Below are positions 54,510-64,000 of a DNA stretch of 64,000 nucleotides, one piece after another. The translations under genes and the position numbers were made by a program. This stretch comes from Antechinus flavipes (lineage: Eukaryota), in assembly GCF_016432865.1 (NCBI RefSeq), contig NC_067400.1, positions 624,650,001 to 624,714,000 of the forward strand, in the 5' to 3' direction. Within the stretch, counting starts at the first letter, position 1. Every line of letters begins with the position of its first letter. The notes below the pieces were generated by a model. It was given only the letters and a program-made list of their open reading frames with translations. It was not told the DNA's origin and did no database searches.

Positions 54510-57500
54510 GCCTCGCACTTCTGCCCCCTGCGCCTCCCGCCACCAGGAGTGAGGGTGCTCACGCGCCGAGGTCCCCAAAGCAGGGAGCTCCCTTTTAGCC
54601 TCCCTTGGGGAAGGACAAGTGCTTGGAGATCCCCAGCCCATCCCCTGCGTGGTGGACAGAACGATTCCTCCGCGGCGGCCATAGAATTCTTCCCCCTTCC
54701 TATCCCCCTAGAGGAATGGAAAAGGTGATGGCTGAGGGATGGGGGCAGAAGAGGATTAAGATGAGGAAGGAAAGAGAGGCTGGGTTGGGGGAGGGAGCGA
54801 AAGGAGACGGGAGACGAGGAGAGCCGAAGGTGAGAGTACGGGAGGAGCCGGTTAGCTGGCTCCCTCACGGGGTCCCCCATCCAGCCCAGGGCTGCTGGGC
54901 CGGGAGGGAGGAGAGAGCGGGAAAGATTGTGGGCGCCGAGTTTGGCCAGGGGGATCTCCGGGGCCGCCCCGCAGGAAGAGTGCGAGAGCGCATCTCCGTT
55001 CGCCCAAGAAGGGCTCTTTCTGGTGAGCGAGGATGCGGGGGAGGGGCTACATGGGGGCGGGGCTTTGCATCCCCTCCAATCCCAAGCATTTCCAGAGTTC
55101 CTCTCGGGTGGCAGGCAAGGGGAAAAAAAACAAGAAAAAAGAAAAAAAAAAAAAAAAGCTAGCTTTCCCTCGTAGAGCTTAAGTTCCCCTGGGGCCGCTA
55201 GCCCTCCCACCCACCGGTCTGAGTCCCGTGCGCTCCGTACCGAGCCCTAGGCCTGGTTGGGGGCGGGGCTTCTATTGCTTCTGCCATGAGTTAAATCTGG
55301 GAAATCTCAGAATATCTTGTGTCTCCTCGGGCTCCGCAAATGTGGGTAGTTGGGTTCCCCGCACAGACACTCCAGGTAACAAATGGATTTTTTCAGGGAC
55401 TTGTTAGTTTCCTCCATTTGTATCCTAGGAGTAAGCTGTGGGATTGAATTGATTCTGAGCAAGTCCCTTTCATTGGGCCTCAGTTTCCTCATCGGTAAAA
55501 TGGGAGCGTTTAATGGATGGTCTATAGGACGTTTGAAGCCCTCCATCCTATAAAATTCTATAGAATGATCGATAAATGGGATTGAGCTGTGGGGGCTGGA
55601 GTGCTTGGAAAAAGCACAGAGATTTGGGGTTTCCGGGGCTCTAGACCCTGTAGTTCCTTCTGTCTCCCTGGTTCCCGTGGGTGGTAAACATCCAGAAAGC
55701 AGCAGGATTCTAGCTGATAAGACTAAACTGAGGGAGGGGCCCGTTAATGGCCAGGGCTTCCTTGCTCCTACATTCAGAGCTCCCATCACCAGGGGATTAG
55801 AGCATTTAGTGCTAGGAGGGAGTGACAGACACCCTTTAATTTCCTGAATACTAGAGAGAAGTAGTAAGCAGAGCCCACATTTGAAACCAGCATATCTAAC
55901 TTCAAATCCAGTGCCCTTTTCACCGTATTCCTCTGAAAACTGGGCTGTAGGATGGAATGGAAGAGATGAGACCCGGATGGGGCATCTTGGAACATGGAAG
56001 GAGGTTTGGCTTGGTCCTCAGCCCGATCCCACTGTCCTTGTGATGCTCATTGATCTCTAGTAAACTTCTTTGGGCCTGGTACATCAGTGTCTTAATCGAT
56101 TGTGTCCTTGGTTTGCTGATTGAGCTTTTCCACGGGGTAAGGAGGATTTACCAAACCCTAGGCCTCGGGCTAGGTAGCTCTGAAGGTTGGGCTGGGGAGT
56201 AGATCATCACATAAACCTGAGCTGGCTGCCTCCTCTAAGTGATATGACCCAAGCAAGTTCCAATCCAGCAGGAGCCAGAAAAGACCTGAATCTGAACCAT
56301 TCCCTTGCCCATGTTTTCTTACCCATAAAATGGGGCTGCTAATTCCTCCCCCATCCAGAGGCTCCCCTGTTGTCTCACCCAGGCTGGAGGAAGTTCTCCC
56401 TGATGGAAAGGCTCCGGCCTGGCACAGGATGGTAGGAACACATTCATTCAGTTCCACGGAATGACTATATAGTAAACACCTACTATGTGGCGGACATTGA
56501 GAGCAGAGCTTACATACTATTTGGGGGGGAGGGGAAATGGGACTAAATGAAAACCTTTGGCTTTCGGTTGGCAGCACTAAGAGGAAGGGGGTCATCACAC
56601 ATTGCCATGAATTGGCGAACCCTTCGGTGCCATTTGCACCACGTAGCTGACAAGTGGCCTTGTGACTCCCGCTCAGAGGCTTGCTGGCAGTGGAACCCCA
56701 CTGGCTCCACGGGCGGCCCATTCCGGATGGGGAGTTCCAATTGTTAGGCAGTTGCCTCTGGCTTTCCTTGTTCCTACTGCTCCTGCTTCTGCACTTTGGG
56801 GCCCAGACTGGGTAAATCTACTTGGCTTCTCCGTGAGATCCCTTCCTTTCTATAGCATGGGATCCTCCCAACCTCCCCCTTCCCCCCCCCCCTCGCACTT
56901 TTCTTTCTACAAGGTTCCTCATCACTCCGGAGATTCTCCATTTAATTAACATCTTTCTTAAATAGTGGTGCTTTTAAAAAGGCTGCAGAATAGATGTCTA
57001 ACTAGGCTGGCTCCATCAGAGAGGGTCAAGGGGCAGCTCAGAACAACAGGGAGTAAGGGCTGACTCGATAGATGGCTACGAAGGATGTGTAGGGGTGAAA
57101 CAAAACGTGTGAGAGGCAGACGGAGAGCGGAAAGGCATGAAGGTTCCTGATGGGAGCTGTCCAGCCCCGGTGACCGGTGGGGATGCCCCTCGCCGGGGGG
57201 TGGAGGGAAGAATTGGGTCACTCTTTGGGGCTGGGCGGGGCACATGAAGTGGATGATATTGCCTGACGCAGAGACGGATCCGGCTGGATGGAGGGGGATT
57301 TTAGGGGGGAGGAGAAAGTGGGGGAGAAGGCGGACTTAGAGCTGATCCTCCCTCCCTTCCAAGGCATTGTGGCAGCGCCGGGACCTCATGCCCCACCTCC
57401 AGACACCAGGTAATCATACCCAGGCCCCGCCCCCAGACTCAAATCAGGTTCCACCCCTGGAATACAACCAGATTTAGGCCCCATCCCAGATAAACTGACA

Positions 57501-57949
57501 GTCAAAGAACAAACACTTATTAAACTCCTACTATGTGCCAAGCACTATGCTAAATTCTGGAGAATCGAAGAGGCCCTCGAGAAAGTCGCAGCCTAACAGC
57601 GGAGACTCCGGGCGAACGAGCAATGTACAGGATAACTAGGAGAAAGTCAACAAACGGAAGGCACTGGGATTAGGAGGGGTGGGAAGGCTCCGCCTCCGCA
57701 AAATCCGTGACCAACCCTCACCTCCTCAAGGCCGCGGTCCTAGACCGCATTTGGGGTTTTCCTGGCCAAGATAGTGTAGTGGTTTGTCACTTCCTTCTCC
57801 AGTTCCTTTTACAGATGGGGAAACTGAGGGAAGCAGTCTGAAATGACTTGCTCAGGGTCACACGGCTAGTAAGGGAGGAGTCTGCATTACCGCACTCCAG
57901 ACCTGGCAGCTCAATTCATTCGTCACCTCGCTACCTCAGGCCCTGCCTA

Positions 57950-58620
57950 GAGGCATCTTCAGGCTCAGGGCCGGGGAAACACTGTCAACCTCAGGCTCCG
58001 CCCCAGGAACCACGGGCCCCACCCTCAGGAGGCCAACAACCAGGTCCAGTTCCGCCCCTGGGTCCTTAGGCTCCGCCCAGACGTCAGCATCTTTCCTCGT
58101 CGCTATGGCAACCATTCGCGCTTTCCTACAGCTCCGCCCCCTGACATCAGTCTCTCCAGGCAGTCGGCCTCCTCTCCAACGCTCCAGAACGGAGGGGAAG
58201 CTGAAGTACTTCAGTGAGGACTACCATTCCCAAGATGCCACGCGCTCCATCACTCGGACGGCGGCCGCTGACCAGTCCTGGGAAGGAGATCCGCGCGTGC
58301 GCTGGGGGGGGGGTCGTCGCCCCTCCGCTGGAATTTCTTCGAGAGCATGTGCGGAAGGGGCGGGACGCTGAGGGCGCTAGGCATTGTGGGCTTGTCTCCC
58401 AGGCCGCTGGTCGGGGGGCTAGCTCGGCGCAGAGGAGGGGGCACGGGTGGAGGCGGAGGCCGCTCCTGTCTCCATGGTAACACGCCAGGCCGGGTGGGGA
58501 TGGGTGGCCATGACGATGGGAGAGGGAGGTAGAACGGCCCAGATCGCCATGGTGACGGAGGGGGTAATGAACGGGAGCGCGGTGGGTCTCTATGGTAACG
58601 AAAGGGAGTGGGGGTTGGGG
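57950..58620 (+). promoter_or_regulatory. CpG promoter of the ZSWIM9-like paralog with an RFX X-box cluster
   Basis: Three GCTCCGCCC GC boxes. X-boxes GTCGCTATGGCAAC 58099-58112, GTCTCCATGGTAAC 58468-58481, GTCTCTATGGTAAC 58586-58599, near-match ATCGCCATGGTGAC 58543-58556. Confidence 0.65.
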
Positions 58621-59862
58621 GTGGGGGGAGAGTAGTTCCAGACTATGGCCATGATCCAGGACCCATTACCTTTCTCCACACTCCCCAGCTGCTTAGACCT
58701 GACCTCATCCTGTTTCCAGCTCCCAACGAAGTCGTCCCCATCCTCATCTTCATCCCCTCCCCCTCCCCCGGCTCCTGCCCCCGTCCCCATTCTTCCCCTC
58801 CCTCTCCCACAGTCCTGAGCTCTCTCCCTCTCCAGTTCCTCCCTGGACCCTAACTCTCATTGCCCTCAGTCCTGCCCCTCCCCAAGATGTCCTCTGGTCC
58901 TCACTCCCACCCCATCTTCACCTCTTCCTCCACTTCCCGCCTCCTCCCTCCTCCTCAGCCTGTCCTGGGCCCCCTCCGGGTGCTGCATAGCTAGGTGCTG
59001 GGCTCTCACCCCCATCCTGTTTTCCACTGCCTTTCTCCCTCTCACCCCGGCCCGCGTTGTCCGGCATGGCCATTCCCAGCGCTCTTCCCCTCTCTCCCCC
59101 TCCCCTGGAACCTGCCCCGCCCCCCTCCCCCCCCAGCCCAACCTGGTCCTTCCCCAGGGAGTGTTTGTGGCTGACGGCCCCCGGCAGGAAGTGCCCTCTG
59201 CTGGGGGAGGGAGGAGAGGGAGCGAGGGGCTCAGTTTGTCCCTGTGGGACGCATTAAGGGAGAGAGGGGTGTTCCCCCAGGAGGGGATCAGTGAGGAGGG
59301 GCTGACGGGCAGCGTCCAAGGCTGCTGAGAGCACAAGGAGGAGGAGGAGTGGGAGGGTTTGGCCGCTAAGGTCATGGTCTCTCTGGAGAGCAGATGGGGG
59401 AGGGGGGACTGCGAGGCCAGGGGTCAGTTTGTAGGAGGAGAGGAAGCTGAGGCCTCCGGTGTAGACACGGCTTCTCAGGAGCTCAGACCCAAAGGGCAGA
59501 AGAGAAATGGGAGGTTTGTGGGGGACGGGGCAGGCAGAGAGAGCGGAGAGAAGTGGGGGCCAGGACCCCCAGGCTGGGTGAGGAGGGAGCTCAGGGCCAG
59601 TGACTGAGGGAACCAGAGCACAGGGACTGTCCCCATTTTTCAGATGAGGAGCCCGAGGCTTGACGAAGCTCAGTGACTTGAGGTCTCAGTAAGTGTCAGG
59701 AGGGGCTGGGGGCCTCGGGGCCGTCCTTCCTGCCCCGCCTCTCTGGGCACCTCCCCGTTGCAGGGCCTGCCCCCCTCCCCCGGGCCTCACGGTGCGCCGG
59801 CTCTCCCTCCGCAGCCCGAGGAAGGAGCCCCCCGCTGCCCGGGCCCCGCCGGCGGCGCCACC

Positions 59863-62422
59863 ATGGGCGAGCTGGGCCTGGGCCTGGAGTTCCACACGTG
59901 GCGCCACTTCAGCAGCTTCTTCGACGACTGGTGTGAGCGGCACAAGGTGCTGTTCATCATCGCCAGCCTCAAGCCCCTGATCTCCCTGCGCCAGCCCCCG
60001 CTGCCCTACCTGCCCAGCCTGGCCTCCACCCTGCGCTTCCGCTTCGTGCGCCTCATCTGCAAGCACAGCGGCACCTACGTGGGGCAGAGCGTAGTGCAGC
60101 GGGACCAGCAGTGAGTGCTCCCCACGGAGCCGGGCGGGGGGCGGGGGGCGGGGCTCGGGAAGCAGCAGGGCCCCGGGAGGGGACGGGGAGCTCGGCCGGC
60201 CAGCCCGGCACAGCCAGCAGAAGCCTTGGGTGCGGTTCCCTGTGGGTGGGAGGAGAGCCGGAGGGCGCCGGCCTGGGGCTCGGGGCAGGGTCGGTTGTGG
60301 GCCTGGCAGCGGCCGCGCGGAGAGGTGGCACCCGAAGGGCGGGAGGCTCATGGGCAGGGCTCTGCTGTCCGTGGTGCTCCCTGGCCCTGCTCCTCGCCCA
60401 CCCCTTACTTACCTTGCTCCCTGCTGCTCTCCGGGGTGCTGCCTGCCCCCCTCCCGGGGTCCCTCTCCCCTTTCTCACGGTGCTCCCTGCTGTCTGCCCC
60501 TCCCCCCTCCCCTTTCTCACCGTGCTCCCTGCTGTCTGACCCTCCCCCCTCCCCTTTCTCACCGTGCTCCCTGCTGTCTGACCCTCCCCCCTCCCCTTTC
60601 TCACCGTGCTCCCTGCTGTCTGACCCTCCCCTCTCCCCTTTCTCACCGTGCTCCCTGCTGTCTGTCTCTCCCCCCTCCCCTTCCTCATGGTGCTCCCTGC
60701 TGTCTGCCCCTGCCCTTCCCCATGGTTTCTCCCCTCCTTCTCACCGTGCTCCCTACTGTCTGACCCTCCCCCCTCCCCTTTCTCATGGTGCTCCCTGCTG
60801 TCTGCCCCTGCCCTTCCCCATGGTTTCTCCCCTCCTTCTCACCGTGCTCCTTACTGTCTGACCCTCCCCCCTCCCCTTTCTCACCGTGCTCCCTGCTGTC
60901 TGTCTCTCCCCCCTCCCCTTTCTTACCTCGCTCCCTGCTGCTCTCCGGGGTGCTGCCTGCCCCCCTCCCGGGGTCCCCCTCCCCTTTCTCATGGTGCTCC
61001 CTGCTGTCTGCCCCTCCCCTCCCGCACGGTCTCACCCCCCCTCCCTGCTGCTGTCTCCCCGCCAGGAGCCAGAAGATCGACTGCCCGGCCCTCATCACGC
61101 TGCGCCTGGGCCCCAAGAAGGACCGGCTGGTGGTGACGGAGGCCAAGCTGCAGCACAACCACCAGCTCTCCCCGCGCGAGTTCTCGCGCTGCTTCAAGCG
61201 CAGCCAGCTGGAGGCCAGCCTGGGGCTGCCCATCCGCATCACCAACAGCGTCTCCAAGCGCTTCCTGGCCCCCGACCTGGTCTGGAACCTGGAGGACTAC
61301 AGCCGGGCCAAGGACAAGGGCATGTGCCAGCTGCTCGGGGAGATGCACGCCCTCTTCCGGGCTGACCCCGGGGCCAAGGTCAAGCTGGTCTTCCAGGAGG
61401 ACGTGGCCATCCTCAACTCCATCTTCCTGGCCACGTCGCACATGCGGCAGCTGGCGTGCTCCTTCCCCCGCCTGCTCTTCTTGGACCAGGCGGCCGGCCT
61501 GCCCGGGGACTTCGAGCTGTACTCTGTGCTCTGCCAGGACGCCAACGGGCGGGGCCGCGAGGTGGCCTACTGCCTGGCGCGCAGGGGCACGCCCGACCTG
61601 CTGGTCTTCATCGTGGCCTCGCTGGTGCAGAGCGTCCCCGAGATCAAGACGCTGGTGGAGTGCCTGACCGTGGGCGTGGCCTGCCTGGCGGGCGTGGACG
61701 CCGTGGAGGAGGTGCTGCCCTGCGCCCGCGTGCAGGTGTGCCGCGCTCAGGTGCTGGAGGCCCTGGGGCGCCGGGCGCGGGAGCTGGCGGTGCCCGGGGA
61801 GCGGCGCATCGCCAACCTCCTGCACAACCTGGCCCACGCCGCCTCCCCCAAGGTCTACAGCCAGTACCTCAGCGACCTGGAAGACGTGGCCCCCCTGGAG
61901 TTCCTCCGCTACTTCCTGGAGACCTGGCACCCGTACAAAGGCACCTGGGCCGCCTGCTGGGCCTACTACCGGGGGGAGAGCTGCCCCTTCGTGGACCACC
62001 TCGAGGCTCACCGGCAGAAGCTGCTGCCCGCCCTGGCCCGAGACGCCTCCCTGGCGGGCTCCGTCCGGGGCTTGCTGGACCTCCAGAGCCTGCCCGTGGA
62101 ACTTCAGGGGTTGCAGGCCGAAGAGGTGGCCGAGCGCTACCAGGCAGCGGGGCCCGGGGAGGCGGCCGCCCTGGCCGCCGAGGAGCTGGCCCTGGCCCGC
62201 CACGGCGGGGGCATCCGGCCGGCCGAGGGGGGCGGCTTCGTGCTGGAGGGGACTGTGCGGGGGGCCTCCTTCACCGTGGGCGCCGACCTGGCCTCCTGCA
62301 GCTGCTCCATCTTCACAGCTGGCCGCCGGCCCTGCCGCCACATCTTCGCTGCCCGCCTCTGGGCGGGGAAGGCCCTCTTTGACGTCAGCCTTCTGCCCCC
62401 CGCGGGTGGCGACGATGGGTAA
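59863..62422 (+). CDS. ZSWIM9-like paralog, domesticated Mutator (MULE) transposase-type SWIM protein, 534 aa
   Basis: Kozak GCCACCATGG at 59863, 5' acceptor at 59815. Exons 59863-60110 and 61066-62422, 1605 nt in frame. FHTWRHFSSFFDDWCERH, VRLICKHSG...CPALI...DRLVVTEAKLQHNH, DPGAKVKLVFQED, SWIM CSCSIFTAGRRPCRH. Collinear with ZSWIM9. Confidence 0.9.
60400..61050. repeat. 42-bp minisatellite in the intron of the ZSWIM9-like gene
   Basis: Unit TCACCGTGCTCCCTGCTGTCTGACCCTCCCCCCTCCCCTTTC, about 14 degenerate copies. Confidence 0.95.
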
Positions 62423-62631
62423 GGGCCTTAGCGGGCCCACGCTGGGGCTTCGTGCAGGCTCCCGCCCTACGGAGGCGGAGGAGGAGGCCGTGGCTTTGCC
62501 TTCCTCGGCGCCTCTTTGCTGGCCCTCAGGTCTGTGCCGGCCGGGCCGGGGGCGCCCGCCAGGCTGGCGGGGTGGGCGCCCGCCCCGGAGGCCGGGGGAG
62601 AGCAGGGCAGACTTGTATGTCTTCTGGCAAG

Positions 62632-62637
62632 AATAAA
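62632..62637 (+). terminator. Polyadenylation signal of the ZSWIM9-like gene
   Basis: AATAAA 210 nt after the stop, followed by T/GT-rich sequence. Confidence 0.8.
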
Positions 62638-63479
62638 ACGCATTCTGTCGGCTGTTCTACCTCCTCCGCGTTGGGCCGCTTTTTTGAGGAAAATGGTGGT
62701 TGGATCTTGGCCTTGGGAGTTGTGTGATGGAGGTGAGGTGGCGTAAATGATGACAGGGGCCGGAAACCCCGAGAGAAGACTGTGCCCTCTTGGGCTTCCT
62801 CAGCTCGGTCAGTCTGGAGCGCCTTTTAAACACCTACTGTGTGCAGAGCCAAGTGCTCGGTGGTCCCAGGAGCAGAGCAGGGTTTGGATGTGACCTCCTA
62901 GAGCTCACGGGGTGGGAGGTTGAGGGACCGCGGGGACCTGTCCCGTAGAGAAGCGCAGAGTGCCGGGCAAAGTGCCCCCTTACCCGGTGGGCAGGGGCAG
63001 GAGAGATCAGGGAAAACCTCTCAGGGAGGGCCTGTGAGCTGGTCACCGGAGGATGGGCAAGAGTGGAAGGGCAGGCGGCCAGTAAACCCTGCTGGGCGTA
63101 GGGGAAGGAGACTCAGGGAAGTGGCCAAAACTTCTGCTAACCCGAGGCTGAATCACAGGGTCAGAGACTGAGACAGAACCAGCCCTCGAGGCGGTCCAGC
63201 TGAATCCCCACATTTTGCCGCCCAGGGGCTGAGCTCCCTCCTGCTTTCAGGGATTGACTGAAGGTCATTGTAGCCGGTGAGTTCACCCTGAGCGCTTGGA
63301 CCCAGTCTCTCAGATCCAACGCACTTGCCTGATCCCGGGAGAGCGCCGGCCTTCTGCTTTCTCCTTGGTGAAATGGGGGGGAGGGGGATTGGACAGGGCT
63401 TTTCAGCCTTTTTGAGTGCCAGTGGTGAAGCCTATGGACCCATTCTTAAGATAATGCCGTTGATTTGCTGGTCGTGTTT

Positions 63480-63900
63480 TTTCCACTTAGATGCCAACAC
63501 ATTTTTTTTTAACATTCATTTAAAAACATTTTTTGAGTTCCAAATTTCCTTCCTCCCTCCCCTGCCCCTCTCTAAAAAGGTAAACATTTTACATAGGTTA
63601 TCTTCATGTAATCCTGTCAAAATATTAGTCCTTTTATGAAAGAGAAACTGATCAAAAGGAAAAAACCATGAAAAAAAGAAAGTAGAATGTTTCCATGTGC
63701 ATGCAGACTCCACTTCTTTCTCCTTGTGGGTCTTTTAGAATTGGCTTGGGTCAGTGTATTGCTGAGAAGAACTAAGTCATTCACAGTCGGTCACCGTATA
63801 ATGTCGCTGTCACCGTGTACGTTGTTTTCTAGATTCTGCTCGCTTCACTTTGCATCCGTTCGTGTCAATTTTTCCAAATTTTAGAATAATGTTTGTAAAT
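63480..63900 (-). mobile_element. Old LINE-1 3' fragment
   Basis: T-rich start and L1 3' UTR-like sequence resembling the copy at 22560-23000. Confidence 0.6.
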
Positions 63901-64000
63901 GCAAAAAAACAAACAAAACCCAGCCTTATAAAGAAAACTTAATTACATTGAAATCTAGTTATCAGAATATTTATTAGAAAGTTGAGGGACTTAAGAACTA

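Noticed and set aside
59758-60114. Stand-alone 118-aa ORF
   Set aside because: Its stop lies inside the donor GTGAGT. It is exon 1 of the spliced 534-aa gene.
57000-63500. Active Mutator transposon around the ZSWIM9-like gene
   Set aside because: No terminal inverted repeats or 9-bp TSD seen. The gene has an intron shared with ZSWIM9 and a degenerate DDE/CxxH.

Overview
GC-rich, gene-dense mammalian genomic DNA. The WSINE1/MAR1-type SINEs and L1 3' ends point to a marsupial, probably a dasyurid (inference). The window is syntenic with human 19q13.33. I traced GT-AG exon chains that keep reading frame for six genes: TBC1D17 (+, 17 exons, 653 aa), IL4I1 (-, 7 coding exons, 508 aa), ATF5 (+, 266 aa, both uORFs present), LIG1 (-, 25 coding exons, 931 aa), ZSWIM9 (+, 3 exons, 898 aa) and a second, ZSWIM9-like Mutator-transposase-derived gene (+, 2 exons, 534 aa) for which I know no human counterpart. 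That paralog keeps one ZSWIM9 intron, lacks the other, and has a CpG promoter with 3-4 RFX X-boxes. Other notable points: no NUP62 coding exon lies between IL4I1 and ATF5, where eutherians have one (a 496-N gap is a caveat); ATF5 abuts LIG1 tail to tail; and the 27 kb IL4I1-ATF5 interval holds orphan CpG islands with NF-kB/STAT/IRF/RFX motifs, a nested solo LTR and a 2.15 kb AT-rich satellite. Comparisons with human genes and repeat consensi are from memory, not database searches. Motif calls are predictions.
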